From: Carcharhinus amblyrhynchos
Taxonomy: Eukaryota
Direction: 5' to 3'
Assembly: GCA_965287045.1 (NCBI GenBank)
Contig: OZ336880.1
Location: forward strand, 53,320,001-53,384,000
Length of the DNA: 64,000 nucleotides
Shown here: positions 1 through 11,284 of the stretch, one piece after another
Layout of the letters: each line of letters opens with the position of its first letter
Position numbering within the stretch: the stretch's first letter is position 1
Position numbers and translations under genes: made by a program
Notes under the pieces: generated by a model
What the model was told of the DNA's origin: nothing
The model's database searches: none
What the model saw: only the letters and a program-made list of their open reading frames with translations

Positions 1-209
1 GCAGGAAAGAACAAGAAGGCAGCACTGTGATAAGGTGGAAGGTAGGAGTGATTGACAAAAGGGATCATGATGCAAAGCTTAAGGAAGGGAATATGGGACA
101 GATAATGAAACAAAAGATGGGTCCAGAAGAGGTGTAAATGGCAAGAGTGGAAACAGTGCCTTCACTTATTGCCTGAACAACTGGCAGCAATTGCTATGAT
201 CTACTTTCG

Positions 210-1858
210 GAACATAAGAACAGAGAACTTAGGTCAGTTAGCCTGACACCAGCTGTCAGTAAAATTCTGGAATCTATTATTAAGCAAGTCTTAACGTTGA
301 GGTAGAAACTAATTGATTATCAAAGAAATTCAAATGGTTTCTGGACAGGAAGTGGTGTTTGACAAATTTTAAAAGTTTTTCGAAGATGTAACTTGTATCG
401 TAGCTAAAGGGAAGCTGGTGGATGTGCTTGAATTTCCAAAAGGAATTTGATAAAGTGCCACTCAAGGGTTAATGCACAAGATGGAGCTCATGGAGTTGAG
501 ATAATGAGAAGGGATGACGCTTAACAGACAGGAAGCAGAGAGTAGGGAATAAACAAGACATTTTCAATTTAGAAGGCTGTAATTCTTGGAATGCAGCAAG
601 GGTCAATGCTGGAGTCTCAGCTACATACAATGTTTATTAATGACATGGACAAAAAGACGAAAAGGAGTGTATCAAAGTTTATTTTCTTTCATGCAACATG
701 TGTATCACTGACAAAGCCAGCTTTTGCTGCCTAAACCTTATTGCCCTTGAATCAAGTGGCTTGCCATATCAGAGAGTTAAGGGCCAACCAAATTGCTGTG
801 TGTCTGGAGTCACATGCAGACTAGACCAGTAAGAATGGCAGATTTCATTCCCTGAAGAACATTCGTGAACCAATCGACAATGATTTGTGGTCACCATTAC
901 TGAGGCTATCTTTTTTTCAATTCCAATTTATTAATTGAATTTAAATTTCACCAGCTGCCATAGTGGGAGTCAAATGCATGTCCCTGATCATTAGCCTGGG
1001 ACTATAGACTTCTAATTCAGTGACATAATCAGTACGCCCCCTGATGATGCAAAGCTAGGTGGGAATGTAAACTGTGAGGAGGACTTCAGAAGCTGCAAAG
1101 AAATATAGACAGGCTAATTGAATGCAGAACAAGATGGCAGATGGAGTACAATGTGGGGAAATGTGAAGTTACTTATTTTAATATCAAGAATACAAAACCT
1201 GAACATTTTTTTAAAGACCTGAAATTTTAAATACTAATGTTCAGAGGGACTTGGGTGTACTCATTTGAGGAATGTATAATGTTAGCATACAGCAAGCAAT
1301 TAGCATTTACTGCAAGGTAGTACAAAAATAAAATCATTCTACAATTGAGCAGGGCTTTGGCAAGACCATAGCTGGAGTACTGTGCACATTTTTGGTCTCT
1401 GTATCTAAGGGAGGAAATACTTGCTTTGAGGATGGTTCATTAGACTGATTCTTAGGATGAAATGAGAGGCTGAGTAAATTGGGCCTATACTCTCAGGAAT
1501 CAGAAGAATGAGAGGTAACTTCATTGAAACGTACAAAATCCTAAAGGAGTTCAACTGAGTAGACACTTGATTCCCCTGGCTTGGGAATCTAGAACAACCA
1601 TCTTGGAATGAGAGGTTGATTATTTAGGACTGTGATAAAGAAAAATGTCTTTACTCCGAGGGATGTTAATCTATGGAATTTCCATTCTAAATGTTTCCAT
1701 GGCTGATCATATTTGAGGCTGTGATGGGTTTTTGATCTCTCAGGGAATCAAGGGAGTGGACAGGAAAGGAGTTGAGATAGAAATCACTCATGGTTGTATT
1801 GAGTGATGGAGAAGGTTCAAAGAGCGATATGGTCTTCTCCTGCTTAATTTTGTTCTGA
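210..1858 (+). mobile_element. Degenerate CR1 LINE (RT 3' half and 3' UTR), interrupted by a SINE at about 680-1040
   Basis: Decayed CR1 RT sequence (ggatgtgcttgaatttccaaaaggaatttgataaagtgcc; ctggagtactgtgcacattttggtctc; agaagaatgagaggtaacttcattgaaacgtacaaaatcc) ending in a CR1-type tail at about 1830-1858. Confidence 0.85.
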
Positions 1859-2699
1859 TGATCTGAAATTATTGAACTCGGACAGAAGGATGTAAACTGA
1901 CCTTTGAGCCTTTTTATCTCCTTCATCCAAAATGTAAGATTAATTCAGTTATAATTTTGTCTTTAAATCCTGTACTGAAATAGCACAAAACATCCTGTCC
2001 CACAACGGAAAAGCTACCTGTGGCAGGCACTGTTTACATCTAAAGTTCCTCTGTGACAACCTTCCATTTTGTAAGATGATGGTTTGCATCAGTTCTGTGT
2101 TAAGCATCACCTGGTGTGGCTCTGGAATGGCAATCTCTGCCACATTTGTTTCAGAGGAAGACAATGGGCTGAAATAATACACTAGCTTGTGTTCTTTCTG
2201 TGTCCACTTCTTGGCCTTCCTGAGCTTTTTGTCTCTGTTCTAATAACTTAAAGTTACAAAATCATATGCAGAGTGGATAGGGCAAGCCCTTAATCCAACT
2301 GCTTGCTTGCTCCAAAAAACAATTCAAATTCAAATTGAATCCAATTCATGGTTCCCACAACAGAGACTTATAAAATCCAAGCTGACAAGAAAAGGCATTG
2401 CCAGTGATCTTGGGCTTGATCTCAGCTAAAAGGCCTGCTTCCTGAAAAAAACACTAATCCAATCTTTTGAAAAACCCATTTCAGCTGGCTACCAATTAAG
2501 TAGCTGTTGCTGCTCCTGGAGAATTTGTATACCCCTGTATTAAGGCTGGGACAAAACCTAACTACTAATCTCAGTATTAGTTTTTATTTACTTGCTAAAT
2601 TAAACAAAATTGATTTGATTTTAGGTGGAAATTGACTCTTTGAAGTCTCTCATTCAATGTTCATATTGCAGAATGGAACAGCACTGAGGAAGGTCTCTC

Positions 2700-2945
2700 T
2701 TTATCACAGTAAGTCTGCTATCACAGGAAGACATCAAAACTCTTAGACATCCACAGTGAGGTCAAACGGGGTTGTGCTCTACCACTTATACTCCTTCACA
2801 TATTCTTCTCTTTACTGCTGTCATAAGCCTTCACATCATCTGCCAAGGGTATCTATTTACATCCCAGAACTGACAGAAAGTTGTTCAATCTTGTCCTCTA
2901 TTGTCAAAGACAAAGGTGTGCCATGTCCTCATGTCTTAACATTCC
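2700..2945 (+). mobile_element. RTE-clade LINE RT fragment
   Basis: Translates to HSEVKRGCALPLILLHIFFSLLLS*AFTSSAKGIYLHPRTDRKLFNL, resembling RTE RT GVKQGCVLAPTLF..GIYLHTR.DGKLFNL. Confidence 0.75.
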
Positions 2946-3157
2946 ATGCTCGGAAATATATCGCTGTTTCTTTGCAGTTGCTGGGTCAAAGTCCTGGAAT
3001 TCCCTTCCTAATAGCATTGCGGGTCAACCCATAGCACGTGAACTGCAGCGATTCAAGAAGGCAGCTCACCACCACCTTCTCAAGAGCAACTAGGGATGAA
3101 CGATAAATGCTGGCCTAGCCAGCAACCTCCATGTCCTATGAATGAATAAAGAAAAAC
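2946..3157 (+). repeat. LINE/SINE 3' tail (CR1/L2-group)
   Basis: gggtcaaagtcctggaattcccttcct..aagaaggcagctcaccaccaccttctcaag..aatgaataaag; the same tail recurs at about 22750-22940. Confidence 0.8.
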
Positions 3158-4552
3158 ATTGATCTGTTAGACACACACCTCTAAACTTCATTGATCAAAT
3201 ATAATAAGAACTGCTTTCAGAAGATCCAGCAGATTCAGCCATTGGAGTAGCTGTAAAACCTGCCATGACCATTTCTTGTTTCCACTTATCACTTTAGCAT
3301 TTACACATTTGTAATAATCTCACCAAAGCCAGTCTTCCATCACCAACATTCTGCATTTACAACGGGCAGTTTCTGCGGCTACAACGTACAGGTCAAGCCT
3401 CAGAGTTCTTAAAACCCTGGCAAGTGTGAATCCACCTGGTTTTAAATGCCCTGCTGCTCTTTCCCTATTGGGTGATCCACCACTCATTTCATCTGGGAGG
3501 TCATACTCTATGAGGCCCAAAAGGAGATTTATTGACAATCCCCTAAAGCCATCATACAATGTGATAATGCATCCAAGTGATATTCTTTGGATTGATATAT
3601 TTTGTTTCAGTTAAAATAATATAGTGAGTGGAATTTCATCTAACTTTTAGTCATTCTTAAATCAAACATATTTTAGCAACAAAGGCTTAGTTTTATTCAC
3701 TTCTTCATTGACCCTGACAAGCTTCCACATTTCTAGCACATGGTGTACATGATATTCAGTCTAACAGTCCTTTAGTGGAAAAGATTCTGGAATCATCTGT
3801 TCAAAATGGCCCTCTTACATCAAGTGGGCCCGGTCTTCACTAACTTATCAACTGTCCTGTGACACAGATTGCACCATTTCAAATGCACATTATTTATCAA
3901 AAGCACATTGCAGACAGATGTGCTTTTCATATAATGCAGTACAATGATATTACTGTAATAGCTTCTAATATAAAATTGGAGAATCCAGCAATGTATACCC
4001 AGGGGCATGGTTTCCTCTAGAGTGATTCTTAATGGAAAAACGCAGCTCTGCAAAATGCTTACTTCCAAATGTAATGTTTGGGAAAGAAAATATATTCTCT
4101 CCTTTTCTGCCTGTGGTGCAGATTCTTAAACATTATTTACTTCATTTTAAATTTGGCCTGTAAAAATATTAAATTGACAATGGATGCTTGGGTCAATTCA
4201 ACAACTGCTTGAATCAATCCAGTAATTGGCTTAATCAACAGAATGTGGACAATGTCAAAAAGTTTCTTTAATAGTTGATAGAAATGGCCAAATTTGACCA
4301 AATGGATAATTATAATCAAGTTATTTAATAAATTATTTTAAGTTTCTGTGAGTAATGTTCATGATTTAGTTAACATTTGTGACAATTTGATTATCTGTTC
4401 AGAAAGAAAAGTCAATTAATAAAAAAATTGCACAACAAAAGAAGTGTGAGGTAGCCTTTCCTCTGCATTGCTTCCAAACATCTTTTTATAAGTGGGACAT
4501 TGAACATAAATTCATTGTAATATCTCAATGTATTACATTGTAATATCCCAAG

Positions 4553-5141
4553 CATGGTACATTGGGAGATCATGCAGATGACAACAGGTGAATGAACACT
4601 GCTCGACAATCACCAGGCAAGACTGTTCTCTTCCTGTTGGCGAACACTTCAGCAGTCACGGGCATTCGGCCTCTGATCTTCAGGTAAACATTCTCCAAGG
4701 TGACCTTCAGACATACGACAGCGCGGAGTCACTGAGCAGAAACTGATAGTCAAGTTCTGCACATGTGAGGACAGCCTCAACCGGGATCTTGGGTTCATGT
4801 CACACTATCTGTAACCCCCATGCCTAAATTTGCAACATCTCACTTACTGTCCTGTCTGGAGACCATATGTATCTCTTTAACCTATGCTTAATGTTATCTA
4901 CACCTTTAGAACTTGAATAGCAGATTAGCTGTAAAGACTCGCATTCTAATCAGTAGTCTGTAAACTGTGTGTGCCTTTATATGCCCTGTTTCTGATCAGA
5001 ACTCTCCACTCACCTGACGAAGGAACAGCAATCCAAAAGCTTGTGGTGTTTACTATCAAATAAACCTGTTGGACTTTAACCTGGTGTTGTGAGACTTCTT
5101 ACTGTGTTTACCCCAGTCCAACGCCGGCATCTCCACATCAT
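4553..5141 (+). mobile_element. Penelope-like element 3' part (GIY-YIG endonuclease remnant plus terminal repeat)
   Basis: WYIGE..SLPVGEHFSSHGHSASDL..LNRDLGFMSHY, followed by aaataaacctgttggactttaacctggtgttgtgagacttcttactg, which recurs at about 20683, 32577 and 63930. Confidence 0.85.
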
Positions 5142-5169
5142 TTCTTACTTCACCCACACTACATACGGA

Positions 5170-5530
5170 GATGGTGCATAGTGGCAACATCACTGGACAA
5201 GTAACCTAAAGTAACCCAGTGTGATGCTCTGGGCCTGGGTTTGAATCCCACCACAGTAGATGGTGAAATTTGAGTTCAATAATAAGCTGGAATTAAAAGT
5301 CTAACCATGAAACCATTGTTGATTGTTGGAAAAACCCATCTGGTTTGCTAATTTCCTTTAGTGAAGGAAATCTGTCATCCTTACCTGGTCTGGCCTTAGC
5401 GTGACTCCAGACACACAGCAATGTGATTGACTCTTGAAAATGCCCTCTGAACAAGGGCGATTAGGGATGGGCAATAAATGCAGGCCTAGCCAGCGACGCT
5501 CTCGCCCCATGAACGAATAATAAAAAAAAT
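5170..5530 (+). mobile_element. tRNA-derived SINE
   Basis: A/B-box-like head (ggtgcatagtgg..gggtttgaatcccacc), conserved core aaaacccatctggtttgctaatttcctttagtgaaggaaatctg, A-rich tail. Related copies at about 20355, 47440 and 50345. Confidence 0.85.
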
Positions 5531-5699
5531 TAAAATGAATGGATTATTTGGTTTTCTCTGTATGTGGCTTGGAGGAAGAAGACGTTGAACCTTTGGTGAA
5601 TGACTGGAACCATTGCCCCTCAAGGAAGGATAAGGCTCTAACTTAGCCATACCCCTTCCTAGAGAAATGTAGATGTGGAGTGTAATTTTGGAGACTTAT

Positions 5700-6760
5700 C
5701 AAAGCAGTATATCTATCATTTGAGTGTTGTCAAAGAAGTTGCAAGAGAAACATCTGATCTGGCATACAAAGATCTGCAGGCACATTACCAAATAGATATT
5801 ACAAGGCCACAGCAATAATAATCTTTTATGCTGCAGACTACTACCAGAAAATAATATGGATCCCATCATAAGTACACAGAGTACCCCAATCACTGCATCA
5901 AAATTAGCCATTCATAGCATCAGTGATACCCATACTTAAAAATTTAGATATTTAACAAGAGGACAGCTAAGAGAATCACGGAACATGGATACAAAGAAGC
6001 AGAAGCAGATAGAGAAAAAGGAGCAGTAAGTTCCTCTCTAGAGTATGAGACTATCTTTCTCCCCAGCTGCTGAGATCAGAAGACCAGAACTCCAAAGCAC
6101 CCCCTGCCCTGTTTTTAAGAGAAAATTTTGATTCAGAAGTTATTCAAGTGATTGGGGTAGCTACCTTGAATTTTCCAACAATTGGCAACATACATGAAGA
6201 GTCTACAAGTCACATGCATGAGGAAGAGAAACATGTAAAGAGCCTACAGTCTTGTAAAGAATGGTGTTGCCCCTGCTCCTAATCCCAGGGCCAGGTTCAT
6301 TGACATAGAGGAAGTGGCATTCATACCATTAGGCATGACCATTCCATCTGAAAAGATATAATGATTTTTAGGACATGGATCAATGACCCAATAAAAGATC
6401 TTTATGACATTTTTTGAAATTTGTTAAGCAACCTGCAAAATGAAGATATTCATCTGTGGATATTGTGGATATTCTGGAATACTACAGATATTTGGGGCCA
6501 GTTAAGAATTTATCTCTGCATTCTTGAAAGTACTGCAGCACAAAGAGCTTAAATATCCAAATATCACCAGATGTATCCACTTAACATCCAGTGCCAGCTG
6601 GAACTCAGCCTGATCAAAGTTGAGAGGGTCATTTCAAATATCAATAGTTCCAATCAGTTGGTGCATGTGGACAGATAATAGTTTTAATCAGCTTTCACCC
6701 ACAAGAACAGGTCAGGTAGCTAGATATTACTCACTGCCAAATTTGGCAGCTAGCACACAT
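5700..6760 (+). pseudogene. N: Endogenous paramyxovirus-like nucleocapsid (N) gene, copy A
   Basis: Collinear fragments: KATAIIIFY, KFRYLTRG, ENFDSEVIQVIGVATLNF, IHTIRHDHSI, FMTFFEI, VDILEYYRYLGP. From 6511: YLCILESTAAQRA*ISKYHQMY..IKVERVISNIN, in register with recalled YMVILENSIQNKFSAGSYPLLW..ELENSMGGLN. Confidence 0.65.
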
Positions 6761-8584
6761 TTGGTGGGAAGGAAGGGATTAGGCACAAGAGATCACACTG
6801 GGAATTGTGCACCACACCACCTGCCTCCAGCACCATGTGAATAATATCTCAACGGATGGGCTCAAGGATCATTTGTTTCCCCAAAGACTGCATAAATGGT
6901 TAAGGAAATCAAAAGCTTCAGTTGGTTACTTCAAATTTTACCTATACCTTAATTTTTAAAATTTTTTCAATTTTATTCTTGATGTCTAGATTGTTTTCCA
7001 TTTCTCCCACATTTCTCCTGACCTCCCATTTCTTTCAGCTTCCTGAAGTGCTAAGTGCTGGGGATTTGGGGATAGACTTGGATAAAAGAGCTCAGTCAGG
7101 CGGGACTGTGCAGTTGGAGTATGGCAGTATTCAGGGAAAAGTGTAGGTTCTGACACCACTCAGCATCTGTGGACTCCTATCTCTCCTAGATGGTCTAAAA
7201 GGATTTGGGTGACTGCATCTGACTGTTTGGGAAAGAAGGGTTGTTTTGTAAGTATAGCTGAATCTTTTTTGAGGGTCTGTTAAATGTTTAAATGCTTGAA
7301 TGTTTGTATTTTTGTGAATATAATATTCGGATGAATCAGTATAGCATCTATGAAATTTATCTCAATTGGCATGCAATAATCAACTAATTATTTAGGAATT
7401 TGTTATTTTTAATAACCTGTGTGGAATTTGCACTTTCTCCCCGCACCTGTATGGGTTTTCGCTGGATGCTTCAGTTCCCCGCCTACAATCCAAAGACACA
7501 CAGGTTAGGTAGGTTGGCTACGCTACATTACCCTGAGTTTGTCCGTTTGATTTGATGTACTATTGTCACATGTATTAGTATATAGTGAAAAGTATTGTTT
7601 CTTGTGTGCTTTATAAACAAAGCATACCATACATAGAGGAGGATTTTTAGTAACATGAAATGAAAAGAAACCAGCATGTTATACATGCTACAGACATTAA
7701 CATAAACTGGACATTGTCCATGGACAGATGAATGACACAGAATTTATGGGAATGGGGCATTTGGCATTCAGCTTGGAAACTCTGAGCCTCAAGTTGTTGA
7801 AAGTGCAAACTGGTAACAATGTCAATGGGCCATCTACTGAATAATGGCTCAAACAGCCTTTTTCCTTTACCAATAATATTTGAGCATTAATAAAGAATAA
7901 GAAATCAACAGAGAGGAAATGGGGTGAATTAAAATCAAATTAGATAGAAAAGAGAAATAATGAGCAGGATAGAAAGATTGCATTAAGAGACAAAGAGAGA
8001 CAGAAAGGAAAATGAAAAATATTTTAAATATAAATATTTTACCTTCCTCCAAAAACAATTTATTACCAGTGGAAATGTGATTCCATAGCTTCAATTGTTT
8101 CGTTTCTGGATGGGAATGGTTGAGTGCCATTGTATGAGCCTTCTCATCATTGTAAAGCCCTTTTGTCATTATGCACTATCCCAAATTTTCTCTAGGAAGT
8201 TTAACTTGTTTTAAAATGCGGCAATTTTGAGAAGTTCACTGTGAGTTTGACGATAAGCTTGCATTTTTGCATGGCTAGTCAGGGAGTGCTGAAAATTGCC
8301 TTTGAAATTCATAAAGTATTTCTTCCTCAACATAAATTGTTGGACAAGTTTCATACTAATCTAAGCTTGGGCTTTAAATTTGTCAATATGTTCAAGGCAG
8401 CTCTTAGTCTATTGTGGTATAGAGATAGATCAGAACATAAAGGCCTAATATTTACAGGAAGGTGAAATTGAAATGGACCCAGGGCAGGGGCGTGGAGGGG
8501 GGTTGGGGAGTTGTGGGATTGGGGTGGGTGCGGGCTATCATGCGACAGCGATCAGAAAACCCAGAAATATTGGGAAAACATAAC

Positions 8585-9060
8585 TGAATGCTATTAAATT
8601 TTGCAGCAGTGCATTAGAATTATTTCTGCAAGAGCAAAGGACTATGGATGGTGGAAGTCTAAAATAAAAGAGAGGGTGGATGAGGTTAATGCACTTTATG
8701 TAATATATATAAGCTTTCAAAAAACATCTAATAAAGTACCAAGTAACAGGCAAAGCTAGAGTTGATGGAAGAAAAGGGATAGTCGCAGCATTGATACAAA
8801 ATTGGCTTAGTGACAGGGAACAGAGTAGTAGTGAGTATTTATTTTTTGGCCTGGAATGAAGCTCCCCAAGGGTCAGTGTTAGGACTCATTGCTTTTCCTG
8901 ATATGTATTAATGACCTAGATTAAGATATGCAGGGCACAGTTTCAACATTAGCCAAAGATTTAAAGCTTGGACATATTGTGAATTGAGGAAGATAGTGAT
9001 AAACTTTGAAAGGACATAGAGAGGAATGGAATGAGTGGACATGTGCAGATGCAATGTAAT
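8585..9060 (+). mobile_element. Degenerate CR1 LINE RT fragment
   Basis: ccccaagggtcagtgttaggac..tatgtattaatgacctaga..ggacatagagagg..gcagatgcaatgtaat (PQGSVLG..YINDL..WQM). Confidence 0.75.
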
Positions 9061-9069
9061 CTTTTTTTT

Positions 9070-9500
9070 TCACTTTAATGTGTAACTGTTTTCATCAGGG
9101 TTGCATTTATTATGTCTGCTCAACTCACTTGGAGAATATTGGCTCTATTTTTTGCTCAGGGTTCTTGTGATCGCACAGCTGATAAACTGCATAGACCAGC
9201 TTGGCCACTCTGCTTAGATTGTATTTACATTTAACAGTTTATTGCTAGTGAGCAAGCAAGAAACTGTAGCAAGATCCAATTTCACAGTACTGCTTCACTA
9301 CTTTTAAAGCGTTATTGTCAGTCATATCAATTCAAGCAATAACAAAGTGATTTTCTATATCTTTTACTGCCTACTTCATCAGTTTGAAAACCATATCTTT
9401 TGCCTTTTACCAATCATGGTTACTGCTGCTGGACACAAGAATGAACTGAATGTGTTAATGGCATGGTTGCCAAACCTAATTTAACTGACAGAACATTAAC
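9070..9500 (-). pseudogene. Mononegavirales-like N core fragment, copy B (tentative)
   Basis: VKDIENHFVIA..ALKVVKQYCEIGSCYSFL (9257-9292)..KCKYNLSRVAKLVYAVYQLCDHKNP. The Y-x-x-[IM]G-x4-[FY][LM] spacing is that of the N core. A T-run at 9062-9070 is an A-tail on this strand. Confidence 0.35.
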
Positions 9501-10123
9501 CTTTATGATATTTAAGTCTCCATTATTTTGGATTTAAAACTATTACTGTTCCTTTCCACTGTGCCTTTTATATGTTCTCTCCATGCTTCTTTCAGCTTGC
9601 TTATTTTAAATCTTATTAGTTTTCATTTCTGAAGAAAAAAAATCACATGATTTACCTCCTACACTAGGTGAGTAAAGCCTGCCAGCTTCTGTCAGTAAAC
9701 GCGTACAGGGGTCAGATAATATAAAGTCTCTGAATTTGCTTCCTTGCCATTGCCATCCATTCGGTTCACAGTTAAAGTCCCTCTACTGCTTTCTTCCTGG
9801 CACTGAACAGACACCACCTCCCCTCTCACCACCTGTACAGAAATTACAATACCTGACTAAATGTGCTAATCTGCTACTGAATATAAGACATCTAAATACA
9901 AAGTGTACACATTTCTGGTTCTTGTGTTCTGCATATGTAGAGTGCTAATCTTTTCCTCTTCAAGTGAACATTAACAGTGGTTAGGTTTATGGGAAGTGAA
10001 CGTAACAGCAGCAATGTGCTTTTATTCAACGGTCTCCATCTGAGTCACTGCTTTCAATGATCTCTCACTTTATCTAGTCAAATACCTGTAAATTGAAAAG
10101 GAACAAAGAAGCAGGAAGGATAA

Positions 10124-11090
10124 ATGGCATCAGAGGAAGTTTGTCCAGATTTATCAATATGCTACTGGTACAGCCATGTGACGCAGAATAAGAATGACTC
10201 CCCTATTCTACCACTCCAAGTCTGACCATAACGAGTTTTCTTCAAGAATTTAGGAGGATGACAAAATTTACTCAATATCTGTTTGAACATTTTACATGAT
10301 GATTGCAAGGAAACAAGTCCGACAGGCTTTCTTCAGGTTTAAAACAAAAAGGGGTTGGTTTCTTTTCAACTAAACCCCTCCCTGCTCTTACCCAAGTAAA
10401 GATAGGAAAATATTTTGAAAAGGTAAACCCACATCTTGAAATCTTGACCCCCCCCCCATTCTCACACACAAAAACATGCACAATTTATAAGTTATAACAT
10501 AGGTGTTTATTTTCTTAACAAAATTAAAGTTCAATGCTGAAAATAAGAATCTTGAGAGTTTGACATTTGAGTCATTAGATGGTCACTTGTGGCTTTGGCA
10601 GAAATGTTTCCACATTCCTTTAGATTCCAGGAGTGGAGTTGAAACCCATGTAATTACAATTGCTGGAGAAATTTTATTTTTAATCTGTGTCTTCCAGAAG
10701 TCAATGACTTTTCGCCTGAGGTTCCTTACAATGAAAAATTCACCATCTCTGTGATGGATTTTCAAACTGTAAGAGATAGGGCCGGAATTTTATTGTCTTA
10801 CCCACCATGGGAATCGGAGCAGGCAAGGGACAAACCATGGAAAAGTCTGCTGACCTCGGGCAAGATTTTATGGTTTTGGGACAAGCGAGGCCACAAAATC
10901 CCACCCAGGATCTTAATTTTGGAGGGGCAAGAATAGAGCTTCTTACTGCTTCTTTGGCAGATTTTCCAGCTGACTGAAGACTGTTTGCACTTTCATGCTA
11001 TATTAAAGAGATTTCAACTTGGGGGGTTATTCAGTCAGATGACCTCTCTCCCCCCACAATGGTATTAGAAGATATTTGTTTATCTTGTAC
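10124..11090 (+). pseudogene. N: Endogenous paramyxovirus-like N gene, 5' half, copy C; interrupted by a MITE
   Basis: From ATG 10124: PILPLQV*P*RVFFKN..LLNICLNIL, FFSTKPLPALTQVKI, LDG..FHIPLDSRSGV (ORF 10503..10754), LPEV..VPY, and after the MITE LWQIFQLTEDCL..LKRFQLGG. Collinear with the recalled PIV5 N N-terminus (TIPPTTLKPVIRVF, LLLFCLRIV, MFSLP..LNHVKL, IDG..FRLIPNARSGM, LMQAWIVTCKCM). Confidence 0.65.
10779..10906. mobile_element. Short MITE with terminal inverted repeats (Harbinger-like)
   Basis: gggccggaatttta ... caaaatcccaccc imperfect TIRs; related elements at about 14330-14445, 23010-23148 and 46822-46935. Confidence 0.7.
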
Positions 11091-11284
11091 TCCAATCCCC
11101 TTGGAATAAATGCTACTTGCCTTCCTAATTGCTTGCTGTACTTGCATGCTAACTTTGTGTTCCCTGTACAAGTCCACTTGAATACCTCTGAACATCAGCA
11201 TTTATAAGATTGTCCTTTTTGGAAAAAAATCTTCTTTTCTAATCTCATTGTTAAAATGAATAACTCCACGATTCCCCAGATTAT

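Larger units (their letters stand above)
2250..3730 (-). pseudogene. M: Endogenous paramyxovirus-like matrix (M) gene, copy 1; decayed and split by an RTE/LINE-tail insertion at about 2645-3157
   Basis: Minus-strand translation from ATG 3730 gives, in order: LDEIPLTI..QNISIQRISLG..GFRGLSINLLLGLIEYD..AAGHLKPG (ORF 3320..3559), DKWKQEM..KFRGVCL (3168-3188). After the insertion it gives SILFNL, QKIGLVF (2449-2469), QLGFYKSL (2361-2384), NLNLN..FWSK. These are collinear with recalled paramyxovirus M motifs (LLLGFFE/FLLGVVE, PWRK..RFRVVY, VAFNL, EKMGLVF, QLGFKKTL, LNRLLW). Confidence 0.8.

Noticed and set aside
3320-3559. Gypsy gag fragment (EYDLPDEM, FTLARV)
   Set aside because: The resemblance is superficial, and downstream motifs continue as paramyxovirus M.
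4170-4330. F heptad repeat or P XD domain on the plus strand
   Set aside because: Two incompatible weak resemblances with no diagnostic residues.
5170-5260. tRNA genes at SINE heads
   Set aside because: Only A/B-box remnants followed by SINE core and tail; no cloverleaf.
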